A DNA stretch of 64,000 nucleotides from the human T2T-CHM13v2.0 reference genome, Homo sapiens. The notes under the pieces were generated by a model, which saw only the letters and a program-made list of their open reading frames with translations, did no database searches and was not told where the DNA came from. Both the position numbers and the translations under genes were made by a program. The stretch is from NCBI RefSeq assembly GCF_009914755.1, contig NC_060934.1; one strand, written 5' to 3'. Of this stretch, positions 49,579 to 64,000 are shown piece after piece. Numbering within the stretch: position 1 is the stretch's first letter; every line of letters starts with the position of its first letter.

Positions 49579-50407
49579 TTTCAAATAAAACCATGCAATC
49601 CCCATAAAACAGGCTTTGAGGGATGCAGTAAGTTATTTAGTGATGGTGGTGGCGGTGGTGTGCGTGGTTAAAGCCGAAAACTTGCCAAGCTTTGGGCACG
49701 TACATGTGAGCCTGTCTGCTGAATGAGCTTAGGCTTTCTGGAATCTTAACACAATACACCCTGGACCTGTGAAAACCGGGCTCTGCGAAGCCTTTAATCA
49801 CCGAGAAGAGTTGACATTGACAGGTCTTCCATAATGATGGCCCTTCCTTAGCAGTTCAGAGTCCCGCCTTATTTAGTGTCCTTCCTCCTTTTTGCTGCAT
49901 ACCTACACTTTCGTATTCTGGGAGCTGTGCTGAACTTTCCCCTAAGTCCGGAGCCTTCCCCTGCCTGGTTGGCAGTAAACTCAGCTTTGTTTCTGACCAT
50001 TATTTGGTGATCGTTGTTTATTTCATCCTAACTGTGCATGTCTGTAAGAGGAAATAGAAGTGGTCTAATGCCAGTGCAACTTTCTAGACAAGAGAGAATA
50101 TATTTGGTGCTTCCAGTGGCTTTCTCATGGTGTTTTGTCCCTTGCAAAAATCAAAAACATTTTAAATTTGGTTTGAGATCCAGAATCAATGCATTTCTGT
50201 TAATTTCTTGGACATTGCTTATAGCACTCCCTGAATTGAAGGAAAATACAGTTGGTTATATCCCATACTACAAAACAAGGAATTGAAACTGTCTTGAGTA
50301 GGCATGTTGGTTTATCTCTCCAGGGTCCATGTATCTCTGGGGCCTCTTCCTGCCTAGGGTTTCTGCTTCCCAAATAGTGCACCTGGTGTGGTTCTTGTGG
50401 AAGTTAG

Positions 50408-50791
50408 TGTCTTATTCCATTTTCTGTTGCTATAGCATAATACTTTGATCCTAGGTAATTTACAAAGGAAACAGGGTTCTTTAGCTCACATTCTGCAGGC
50501 TGGGAAGTCCAAGATCGGGTGGCTGCCTCTGGTGAGGATTTTGTGCTGCTTTATGGCATATGGCAGAAAAGCAGAAGGGCAAGTGAGTGTGTGCAAAGAA
50601 AGGGGAGGTGAAGAGACCACCCCGCCTTAAAACAACCTGCTCTTGTTAGAGCTAACCTAGTCCCATGAGAACTGCATCCATCCCTACATGATGGCAGATC
50701 CCTCATGACCGAAACAATTCCTAGCACTGCTACATTGAGGATTTACGTTTCCAACACATGAACTGTTGGAGGACACGCTCAAAGCATGGCA
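50408..50791 (-). mobile_element. MaLR solo LTR (MST/MLT1A-type)
   Basis: tgtcttattccattttctgttgctatagca..ggctgggaagtccaagatc..tttccaacacatgaact..ca. Confidence 0.8.
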
Positions 50792-51350
50792 GTTTCCCTT
50801 TCTTTAGTTCCTTCTCCCACAGCACTGTGCAAATGAGTATTTAAATGCCTGTGTGATAGTCACCCTCACTACCTTAATTCCAAAAAGTCCCCTGCTTAAT
50901 AGAATCCAAACTCATTTGCAAACGAGCCCCCGACTTTGTGATCTACCTCTTTGGTTTTCATCTTCCCACCCCTCACCCCATGTTTCAGTTTAGTTCTCCT
51001 GAAAGGAACAGATAATTGCATCTTTCCTGCTGCAGTTTGACACACACCTCCTTCAGGACACCTCTTGATTTCCTGTCTGGATGGGCCCTTCCCTCTGAGA
51101 TTCCACGGCACCAAGGTTTGCTTCTATCATTCCTGACTGTGCCATGGGATCTCTGCTGCTCCAAACTGTGGACTTCCTGAATCTAGCCCTGAACTAAAGG
51201 CAACATGGTGGGAATGGAGGCAAGGATTAGGGGAACTCAGGTAAAATTAAGGATGTTAGAAACCCTGGGACTGGGTGCTGATTAGGCAAAGAAGGTTTAG
51301 TGGAAGGGAGGAATCTATGCTGACTTCCAGTTCTCTCTGGCTTTGGTGAC

Positions 51351-51978
51351 TGTATTAGTTCTCCAAAGAAACAGAAGCAATAGGATATATGTAGATACAC
51401 AAAAAGATTTATTATGAGGTATTGGCTCATGTAATTCTGGAGGCTGAGAAGCTCCACAATCCACCATCTGCAAACTGGAGACCCGGGAAAGCCAACTGGA
51501 CTTGGCCCAAGGCCAAAGACCTGGGAACCAGGGGAGCCGACGTCCAAGGGCCGGAGATGGATGTCTTAGCTCCAGGAGAGAGAAAAACCAGGTGTAGCGG
51601 CACGCACCTATACCTGCAGCTACTTGGGAGGCTGAGGTGGGAAGATCACTTGAGTCCAGGAGTCGAGGCTGCAGTGAGCTGTGATGACACCACTGCACCC
51701 CAGTCTGGGCAACAGAGTGAGACTCTGTCTCTAAAAAAAAGGGAAGAAGAACAAATTGATTCTTCCTCTGCCTTTTTCTTCTATTCTGGCTCTCAATGGA
51801 TTTGAACATACCCGCTTACACGGGTGAGGATAATCTTTTTACTCAGTCTGCTGATTCAGATGCTAATCTCTTCCAGAAATTCCCTCACAGACACACCAGA
51901 AATACAGAAATACTGTTTTACCGGCTGTCTGGGCATCCTTTAGGCCAGTCAAGTTGACACATAAAATTATCCATTACA
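51351..51978 (-). mobile_element. MLT2 (ERVL) solo LTR containing an Alu monomer (51588-51740)
   Basis: tgtattagttctcc..gtcaagttgacacataaaattatccattaca; 5-bp TSD gtgac/ttgac. Confidence 0.85.
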
Positions 51979-52041
51979 TTGACCAAGTGGATGGCAGGTT
52001 CCTCAACCAATATGGGGCATTCCAGAAGAGGCGGAAGGTTT

Positions 52042-52047
52042 GAGAGA

Positions 52048-52096
<49 letters not shown>
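52042..52096 (+). repeat. (GA)n microsatellite
   Basis: Direct read. Confidence 0.95.
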
Positions 52097-52098
<2 letters not shown>

Positions 52099-52437
52099 TG
52101 AGGATTCCTTTATGGCAACAGAGTATACTTAAATCTGGTCTGGCCTCTCCTGCCACCTTGTATACTATACATATTACTCTGTAGATATTTAGAGTAGTTG
52201 AAGAAACAATGTGTTTTATCACACTTTTAAAACCAGTGTTGCGTCTTTGCATGTTTATTTCCTTGTGCCATCTCTGTCATCTAATGTGGATATTTACATG
52301 GGAGTTCAGCTAATATGTGGACTAGTTGGTGGTTTAAATTCCTCTAATAATATATCTTGGCAGATCTTTCCCCTTTCTTCTGTAAACTTACTTAGCTAAT
52401 GATTTATACAGATTCCAGTTAAATGATTTCAAGAGCA

Positions 52438-52516
52438 GTCTGTCTGTCTATCTATCTAGATATCTATCTAGATAGATAGATCTGTCTGTCTAGATGTCTC
52501 TCTCTCTCTCTCTCTC

Positions 52517-52550
<34 letters not shown>
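52438..52550 (+). repeat. Compound TCTG/TCTA/TAGA/(CT)n microsatellite
   Basis: Direct read; contains an 18-bp palindrome at 52461-52478. Confidence 0.9.
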
Positions 52551-52555
<5 letters not shown>

Positions 52556-53295
52556 CTAATATTTTTAAAAAGTCAGAATAGCTTACATTGGAGAACCACA
52601 CTAATGAAAGATTAAATGCAAGTAGGCCTGAGATGGACTAAGATGGCAGACATAGAAAAAGAAATAGACACCAAAGATTCAATTTTTTTTTTTCTGTTAA
52701 GCTTTATGTTGTGTCCGTTCTGTCTTCTATGTGGTTTTGGCATGATTCATACGGCAAATGAATTATTTTAGTGAAGCTTTATTTATGACTCACTGTGTAT
52801 TTTAAGTTATATGTAATTGGATTAACAAATTTCACTTCACATGTGTGAAGTCCAGGGCTATCGTTTGAGTAGTTTGAAGAGTTGTTTACTGTTTTTAAGC
52901 TATATAACTGTTTTTCTCAAAGCTTAAAGTTGAGGTCAGAGGCTCTGATGATTGGTCTGAAGCCAGGTTTGGGGGAATAAATTTTTTCTAAAGTAATAGT
53001 TGGATAGAATTTGGTAAATGGATTAATATCCATTTTTTAGCTATTTGCATTTTTCTGTTATGAATATTTAAAAAATAGTTTTGACTATATGATATGGATA
53101 AGTAGGAGGTATCACTTGGGATACAAACACATAAAAGGGTATCTTTTAAGAAATACAGTGCTGCAATAGATGTAGTGTTTTTGGTTCTTGTCAAAAGCTG
53201 TAGAACTGATGACCTAAGTATACACACATGTAAATGTACTATATGTAGGTGTGTAAATAAATATGCATATACACACATTGTAAATATGTCTTGGA

Positions 53296-53920
<625 letters not shown>

Positions 53921-56439
53921 CGACATCTCAGTTTTGTATATCTTTTTATTGAAGAACAAAATGTACTTTTGCTTCATTTAGTAAATGTACCTTCAAGGGT
54001 TTTAAAGTTAGCAACAAGTGACTTCTACAAGCATTGTTTCATTTAATCGTCACCATAAACCTGTAAAGTGGATATTATGATCTGCATTTCACAGATGAGG
54101 AATTTGGACTTATTTAAGACATTTTTAGGGGCCACATAACTGGTAATATGTGGAGAGGAAGTTACCCAGGTCTGTGTGTCTCTTTCCAATATGATTTGAC
54201 CCGTCTGCTGTCCCTGTGTTCTCTTGTGAAGAAAGGGGCCGCTTCTCCTTGATATAGGCAATAGCCCACTCTAGGTAGGAGGTGTTCACTAATGGTGAAA
54301 GAATAAATCCGTAACTGTGGCTTCTCAGCTACTAGAAAGGCAGGATACAGTGTGGTGAAGTCCTGAGAATCAGCTCATCTGAGTTTGCATCAGACTCCTG
54401 CTTTAGAAGCTACTTGACCTTGGGCAAGTCATTTCAACTCTCAGCCCCCATTTTCAGGATAATGGGGATGATAATAGTATCTGCCTCCAATAGTCGTTGT
54501 AGGGATCAAACAGTCAGTGCATGCCTGGCACATAGTGTGGGCTCTCCAAATGTTTGCTGTGTACATTATTATTACGTGTAAGGGACATCTTGCTAGACAG
54601 CGGGAATAGGGGGAAGGTTCCTTCCCAGAAGTCACATCACGCAAGTGTCGCCTCCCTAAGGCTCCCTGTTGAAGCCTAAGGGAGCCCTTCTTGAAATAGG
54701 AGACAGAGGCAGCAGCGATGAGGTGGCCGGCCTTCTTCCAGGGGTGAGGCTGCTGCTGTCATAGACCCAACACTGCTGCAGAGTTGCCAAGGATACATCA
54801 GTTTCACCATTTTTCTTGCTGACTAAACTCCTGTGAAAACTCTTGCTTTCCTCGGTTATCTGACCGTCTGCTTCTCTTAATGTTAGAGTCACCAGAGCAT
54901 TAGAACTAGAAAAGGAACTTAGACATCTTGGTCCAGTTCTCTAGACTTTCAGATGAGGAAAGGGGTGCAGAGAGGTAAAGTGATTGCCCGAGGTCATGGA
55001 GCTAAGCCGGGCAGACGCGGAGCCAGAAGGATGGTTTCTGACCTTTGAATTCAGAACTCTTTCCACATAACCATACTTGCAGAGCCTCTTTCAGGAGAAT
55101 GCGGGAAAGTAACTCTTCCTCATCTTGCAGAGGTCCTTGGTATGTTGCACAGGACTGAAGAAGCTACCCCAGTAGGTTGGCCAGATTCCACAATGGGATA
55201 TTGAATCTGGTTTCAGAAACTCCCCTGGTGATTTCAATTAGATGCGCTGTTCTTTCTGACTTCCCCTCCCTGGCAGCGATGCAGTGTTTTTTCCAGCTGC
55301 TTGGATTGCCGTCGTATGCTGCTCCAAGCTGCCTCCAGTGCTCTGCTGTTCACTAGAACAGAGCTCAGAGGCCCGTCGCCGAGCCTGCAGTACAGGTTAA
55401 ACATTGGAGAGGCTTTGCTCTCATTTGAGGTGTATCTAATGATTGTGGCCCAGTGTGCCAGTTTCTTGTGAATACAATGAAGATACTACTTCTCGGAAGT
55501 GCAGTGGGAAGAAACCAGTTACAGATTGTGGAATGATCTAGAAAATACGGCAAATGCTACTCTGGTGTGAGGTCATAATCCAGAAAGACCTTTTCCATCC
55601 TCTCCTTCAGCTGCAGGCCTGAGAGCTGTGCTGTTCCTTCTCTGTCCTGTTTGATCCTTTGCTTTCTCTGTAGCTTTCCAAGATGTTCTAGAAACAAAGG
55701 GAGGCAGCTTTCCCACGTACCATGATGGACAACAGAGCGAGTCTGGGGGACACTGGGTCATCCCGAGGGATGGCATAGAGTGGGGAAGGCAGGGATGGGG
55801 CAGCCGATGAGCTGAAAACCATCTAGAGACGTTCACGGTTTGGGGGATAAGCCAGGCTGTCCAAGAAGCCATGGTGTCTTCCTCCGTGACTCATTTCTCT
55901 ACAGGTGTACGCACATTTTTCTAGGTAGAAAAGTAAACTTGTGGAAAGAAGTTTTCACGCAGGTGTTCAGTGTTCTTTCTAATGAGTTCTTGCTGGGTTT
56001 AGAGCCAAGTGATAATGCAGCTATTTACTTTAAAATGGTTTGAATTGCATATCCACAAATCCACACCAGATTTGCTGCCTGTGAACGTGTGGTTTCTTTT
56101 TGTTGATGTCGTCGTTTGTTTAATCCTGGTAGGACCTCTTCCAGGGCAAAGCCACTTGGTACAGCAACGGGGTGGGCAGCCCTAAAGCACGGCAGAGTGC
56201 AAATTTCAGAGAGTGCCTCGAATTTCGAGCTTGAATCAGAATGGTCAAGATACCTGGGATTATGTTAAAACTTAGGAGGCAAATCTGTTTGTGGGCTCTG
56301 TTTTTGACTGGTTCCATGTTCTGTTGGATTCAGAACATGGCACATTGTAGGTGGGGGCCACTTTTACTGAGCTTTCCTTTAAATATGTCTATAGAGTGGT
56401 TAGAAGTTTGATTTGTTCTGGGACCCACTCTCAGTTAGG

Positions 56440-56910
56440 CCTGCCCGCCCTCCCACCTTGCCTGCCTGTCTGCTTTCCTGCCTTCCTGCCCTCCTTCCCT
56501 CCCTCCCTCCCTCTCTCCCTGTTTCCTTCCCTCCCTCCCTCCCTCCCTCCCTCTCCCCCTCTCTCCCTCTTTCCTTCCCTTCCCTTCCTGCCCCTCCCTT
56601 CCCTTCCTTCCCCTCCCTTCCCCTCCCCTACCCTTCTCCGTCCCCCCTTCCCGTCCCATCCCCCACCCCTCCCCCTCCCCTCCACCTCCTCTCCCCACCC
56701 CTCCCCCCTCCTCTCCCCCTCCCCTCCTCTCCCCCTCCTCTCCCCTCCTCTCCTTCTCCCCTCCCCTTCCCCTCCTGCTCCTCTTCCCCTCACCCTCCCC
56801 TCCCCTTCCTTTCCTTTCCTTCCTTCCTCTTTTCTCTCTCCTTTTCTTTCATTTTCTCTCTCTCTCTCCTCCTCCCTCTTTCCCTCCCTCCCTCCCCTCA
56901 CCTTTCTTCC
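56440..56910 (+). repeat. ~470-bp polypyrimidine (CCT/CCCT-rich) low-complexity tract
   Basis: Almost purine-free on the + strand. Confidence 0.95.
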
Positions 56911-57796
56911 TGGTTGCAGAGCAGGGCTAACGCCTAGGCCATGTGCCCAGAGTCAGCCTTTTTCTTTTTCAGTATTCTTTCTTTTTTTTATTCATCTTTT
57001 TTTGTTTTGTTTTGAGTGCTTCTTTTCTTAAAACCTTATAGAAGATTGTAGGAACAGATCAGCAAGCTGCTTTTGAACGACAAGCAGTGTCTATGAGTAT
57101 GCTGCTTATTGAAATAATTTCCTAGGGGTATATGTCCAGTAGTGTGGACTTTCTGAAACAGTCAACTAAGTAAGTGATACAGTGTTTCCTTATGCAGATG
57201 TGCGTGCTTTGCCTCCCGGAGGGAATTCGTTTTGGGAATAGTCACCACTGTTATTATTAAGTCCATTATTATTATTCAGTTAATACAACTTTTTCAAAAA
57301 GATAATATGCCTCTTTAAAAGGCGATTTAGAGTGGGAAAGTTTTTTTTTCTTTGTAAATATCACAGCGACAAGGAGTGTAATATAAACTTCCAAATGGAA
57401 ACTGTTCTGAAGAAAATACTGACTCAAGAAATCTACCTGAAGATTTCCATGGTATTGTTGCTGAGTCGGATGAACAGATGGTCTACATGGCAATGAAACT
57501 TTTCAGGGTGTATGTTTCAGACTCCTGTATTCTCTATACTCAATCATTCAATTAGTGTGGACCTTTAATTTCCTTTTTTGGTAGCAAACAGCATTCACTT
57601 ACTTGCATAAATTGTAGTTATTTTAAATAAAACAACAATCATATCAACATGTCATTTTAGAATTTTTCATAGTGTCTTTTTTCAAATGGCATCTTGTACA
57701 TTGATTACAGAAAATCTTGTTATTTCGAACTCTGTTTACTCGGCATACAAGTCCAATTGAAATGTATCTTTTCTACTACTCTTAAAAATTGTGTGG

Positions 57797-60007
<2,211 letters not shown>

Positions 60008-60526
60008 CTATTCTGTTCCCCAGTAGCATCAGTGTTGCCTCCATTGTAACACTGTCCTCATATCAGGTAATGGTCCATTTACTTGTCTTTCTTTCGTAGC
60101 AAACTTAAAGCTCCGTGAAGGTAGGGATGCTACCTGAGCTCCAAATGGGTTTCTAGTGCCTGGCAAAGTCCTTGCTACATTGTAGGCATTTGGTATCTTT
60201 TTAGGGGCATCAAATTGTACTGTTTTCACAAGAGGAAAGATTAAGGAAAACAACAGGTATTCCCTTCCCTCTAAAACAATAAAAAATGCTTTATTTTATA
60301 GAAATGCCAAGTATTTTAGATAGTTAATGTAAGCACATGTATCCTAACAAAAAGCTTTTGAGAGTAGTAAATATGTATTCATTTCAAAGATAGAAAGCAG
60401 CACCCAAAAACTAAACCCCCCCCCCAAAAAAAAAGTTCTGATAGAATACATGAAATCCCAAGCAGAATTGGTACCAAATTTTCAGTTTTGTTGTCACTTT
60501 TTCTCAGATGGGAAGTGGAAGACTCT

Positions 60527-60758
60527 TGATTTGCTTTGGCTCTACGTCCCCACCCAAATTTCATCTCTAATTGTAATCCCCATGTGTCAAGGGAGGGACC
60601 TGGTGGGAGGTGATTGGATCATGGAGGTGTTTCCCCCATGCTGTTCTCATGAGAGTGAGGGAGTCCTCACAAGATCTGATGGTTTAGAAGTGGTACTTCC
60701 TCCTTAGGTCTCTCTCCTGCCACCATGTAAGACGTGCCTTGCTTCCCTTTGTACTTCA
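60527..60758 (+). mobile_element. Partial THE1/MSTA-type MaLR LTR
   Basis: tgatttgctttggctct..ccccacccaaat..gggaggtgattggatcatgg..ccatgtaagacgtgccttgcttcccc; 3' part missing. Confidence 0.85.
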
Positions 60759-61014
60759 TCCTGAAATCATCACAGTCTAGGGGTTTGTATTTCATTTGCT
60801 AGGCCAAGGGGTAACCATTGAAAATTTTTGCATAGCAAAGGATTGAGGCGGAATGTTGGGAAGATGAGGGATGATTCCTGTGGTGGTGTGTGGGATGGGG
60901 ATGGATTAGGCAGTTTCAGAATAGAGACCAGTTGGCCACCTGGCATCTGACTGTGAAAGTCCTGGCTGGAGGGGAGGGGCCCTAGGCAAGGCAATTTACT
61001 TTTTTTTTCTAAAG

Positions 61015-61308
<294 letters not shown>

Positions 61309-62019
61309 AAGCAGGTTGACCCAGCTGGATACCTTGAGAAGGAAGAATCAGCAGAGCTCTGCGAGTCATAGGAGGTCAACAGGAGGGAGGCGAGTGTTTA
61401 AAGTCTCATTTAATCTGGGAGAATGCTGGGACCATTGACAGAAATAGAGAAGCAAAGAAGAAAGGCAAGACATGGTGCTGTTCATTTGGACACTTCTTTC
61501 CTTCCAACAGGATATCTGACGACAGAATTAATTAACATGACCCCACAGGCCTGTGAGAATGAGGCCAAGCCTGCAAGCACTCAGGCCACAGGCCTGCAGC
61601 CCTGGGATAGAAAGCAGGGCCTGCTGCTCTGATGCTGGGTTTGCTTCTGTTAGTGATGCCTGTGGGTGTCAGATGTGGAGCGGGAAGGAGAGAGGGCATG
61701 ATGGAGACGATGATGGAGACGATGCTTTTTATCGTCATGCAGAGCTGGTTGACTTACACTGGTGGGTTACCGCTAGCATTGCCGAGATGCACTGCAGTCA
61801 TTGGCACGAAAGTCAGCTGTGAGGCAGGACATCATCATCGTCTAGATATTTCAGGTGGACCAAATGGAGCACACACTTATTGGCAGTGTGAGTGGGGGAC
61901 TCACTTTCTGCAGTTCTGGCTTCTAGAACAATGGTTTTCACTCGATAGACTGTGACAATTTCAGGATGTTACTAGCTTTCCTCTTCTTTCCTTCTTTTTC
62001 TTCCTTGCCTTCTTTCTTA

Positions 62020-62204
62020 CGTTTTTCTTTTTCTTTTTTTTTGTTTTTTGTTTTTGAGTCAGTTCTGTCACCCAGGCTGGAGTGCAGTGGCCTGATCTGG
62101 ACTCACTGCAGCCTTGAAACTTCTGAGCTCAAGGGATCCTCCCACCTCAGCCTCGCAAGTAGCTGGGATTACAAGCACGTGCCACCATGCCTGGCTTATT
62201 AAAA

Positions 62205-62240
<36 letters not shown>

Positions 62241-62357
62241 TGGAGATGGGGTCTCACTCTGCTACCCAGATTGGTCTCAAAGTCCTGGGCTCAAGTGATC
62301 CTCCTGCCTTGACGTCCCAAGGTGCTGAGATCGCAGGTGTGAGCCACTGCACTTGGC
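62020..62357 (-). mobile_element. AluJ with long central poly-T
   Basis: Full dimer. Confidence 0.88.
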
Positions 62358-62689
62358 ACCTTCTTTCTTTAAATTATTTATATTGTATTTTTACATCTGC
62401 AGCTGTACTTCCTCACTTATCCACTCATTCACCAACCCCTTTAGGACTTGTCTTTTGACCAACCATTGTACTGAAACTGTTTCTTTAAAGACTTGACAAT
62501 GATTCTTGAGTTGCCAAACATCATAGCCTTTGCAGAATGCAGAGTCCCCATGACTGTTCTGAAACACTGGGCCCTGTTGACCACTTCTTGACCACCAACC
62601 CCTTCTTAAAACTCAGCTTCTTTAATTATGACATTGCTTAAGTACATTTGCCTCCCTCCTTCCCTAGGGGATCTTTCTTTCTGTTTTGT

Positions 62690-62849
62690 CCTTTTTTTTT
62701 TTGAGTTGGAGCCTTGTTCTGTCGCCTGGGCTGGAGTGCAGTGGTGCAATGTCAGCTCACTGCAACCTCTGCTTCCTAGGTTCAAGCGATTCTCATGCCT
62801 CAGCCTCCTGAGTAGCTGGGATTACAGGTGCACACCACCACGCCTAGCT

Positions 62850-62883
<34 letters not shown>

Positions 62884-63001
62884 TAGAGACGGGGCTTCGC
62901 CATGTTGCCCAGGCTGGTCTTGAACTCCTGGCCTCAAGTGATCCACCCACCTTGGCCTCCTAAAGTGCTGGGATTATAGGTGTGAGCCACTGCATCTGGC
63001 C
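62690..63001 (-). mobile_element. AluS with long central poly-T
   Basis: Full dimer. Confidence 0.9.
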
Positions 63002-63041
63002 TGGGATTCTTTCTTACCTCCTTTGCTGACTTCTTCCTCCT

Positions 63042-63455
63042 CGTGTTAGTCTGTTCTCACACTGCTATAAAGAACTACCTGAGACTGGGTAACTTATAAG
63101 AAAAGATGTTTAATTGGTTCATGGTTCTGCAGGCTGTACTGCAAACATAGAGGCTTCTGCTTCTGGGGATGCCTCAGAAAGCTTCCAATCATGGCAGAAG
63201 GAGGAGCAAAGTGTCTCACATGCTCCTCAGGAGCAGGAGCCGGAGCGTGAGTGAAGGAGGAGATGCTGCACGCTTCTAACAACCAGATCTCACGAGAACT
63301 CACTATGAGGAGAACAACACCAGTGGCATGGTGCAGAACCATTCATGAGAAACCGCCCTCCATGATCCAATCACCTCCCACCAGGCCCCACCTCCAACAC
63401 TGGGGACCACAATCCAACATGAGATTTGGTGAGGACACGGATCCAACCCCTATCA
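63042..63455 (-). mobile_element. MSTA/B-type MaLR solo LTR
   Basis: Full LTR with perfect 5-bp TSD ctcct at 63037-63041 and 63456-63460. Confidence 0.9.
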
Positions 63456-63460
63456 CTCCT

Positions 63461-63773
63461 ATTTTTTTCTTTTTTCTTTTTCTTTTTATTTTTTGAGATG
63501 GAGTCTCACTCTGTTGCCCAGGCTGTAGCGTAGTGGCACGATCTTGGCTCACTGCAACCTCTGCTGCCCAGGTTCAAGCGATTCTCCTGCCTCAGCCTCG
63601 CAAGTAGCTGAGATTACAGGGTCCTGCCACCGGGCCCGGCTAATTTTTATATTTTTAGTAGAGATGGGGTTTCACCATGTTGGCCAGGCTGATCTTGAAC
63701 TCCTGACCTTGTGATCCACCCGCCTTGGCCTCCTAAGGTGCTGGGATTACAGGTGTGAGCCACCACACCCAGC
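63461..63773 (-). mobile_element. AluS
   Basis: Full dimer; TSD atcactcct overlapping the LTR edge. Confidence 0.9.
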
Positions 63774-64000
63774 CATCACTCCTGTTTCTTAGCTGGGGAC
63801 ATTTAAAACAATTTGATATCCTGTCTCCTTTGCTTTCCAAATGTCCATCTCTGGAATCCCCCTTGGTTTGTCTCTCACTTTAATTTGGAGGACGTCCAGG
63901 GCAAAATCTCCAGCCTTCATGTCTCTCTAAAGCAGTGGTCTCCAAAGTGGGTAGACAAGATGGTCCATTGGGATGCAGAAAGAAAATGGTAGCACTTCCA

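Noticed and set aside
56351-57031. Proline-rich 226-aa ORF and overlapping antisense G/E/R-rich ORFs
   Set aside because: Low-complexity pyrimidine tract lacking stop codons; non-ATG start; not a gene.

Overview
Primate (most likely human) intronic genomic DNA from the CAMK1D locus (Ca2+/calmodulin-dependent protein kinase ID), gene on the + strand. The only recognisable coding sequence is one 132-bp internal exon (41608-41739; exon 2, (T)[43 protein letters not shown](K)) with canonical AG/GT sites. The rest is the 3' end of intron 1 and the start of intron 2, dominated by transposable elements: more than 40 Alus (including an AluYa5 with all five diagnostic bases), two full-length antisense SVAs about 1.2 kb apart nested in an ancient fragmented L1M, short L1PA 3' fragments with TSDs, MaLR/ERVL solo LTRs, hAT fossils (MER1A, MER58A, MER5), and micro/minisatellites. 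Almost all ORFs in the supplied track are Alu, SVA, L1 or low-complexity artefacts. I found no evidence for a new multi-gene system. The best leads are the young nested retrotransposon cluster, three candidate cryptic exons that would disrupt the kinase, and young tandem duplications. Subfamily labels come from recalled consensus sequences, and repeat boundaries without a stated TSD are approximate.
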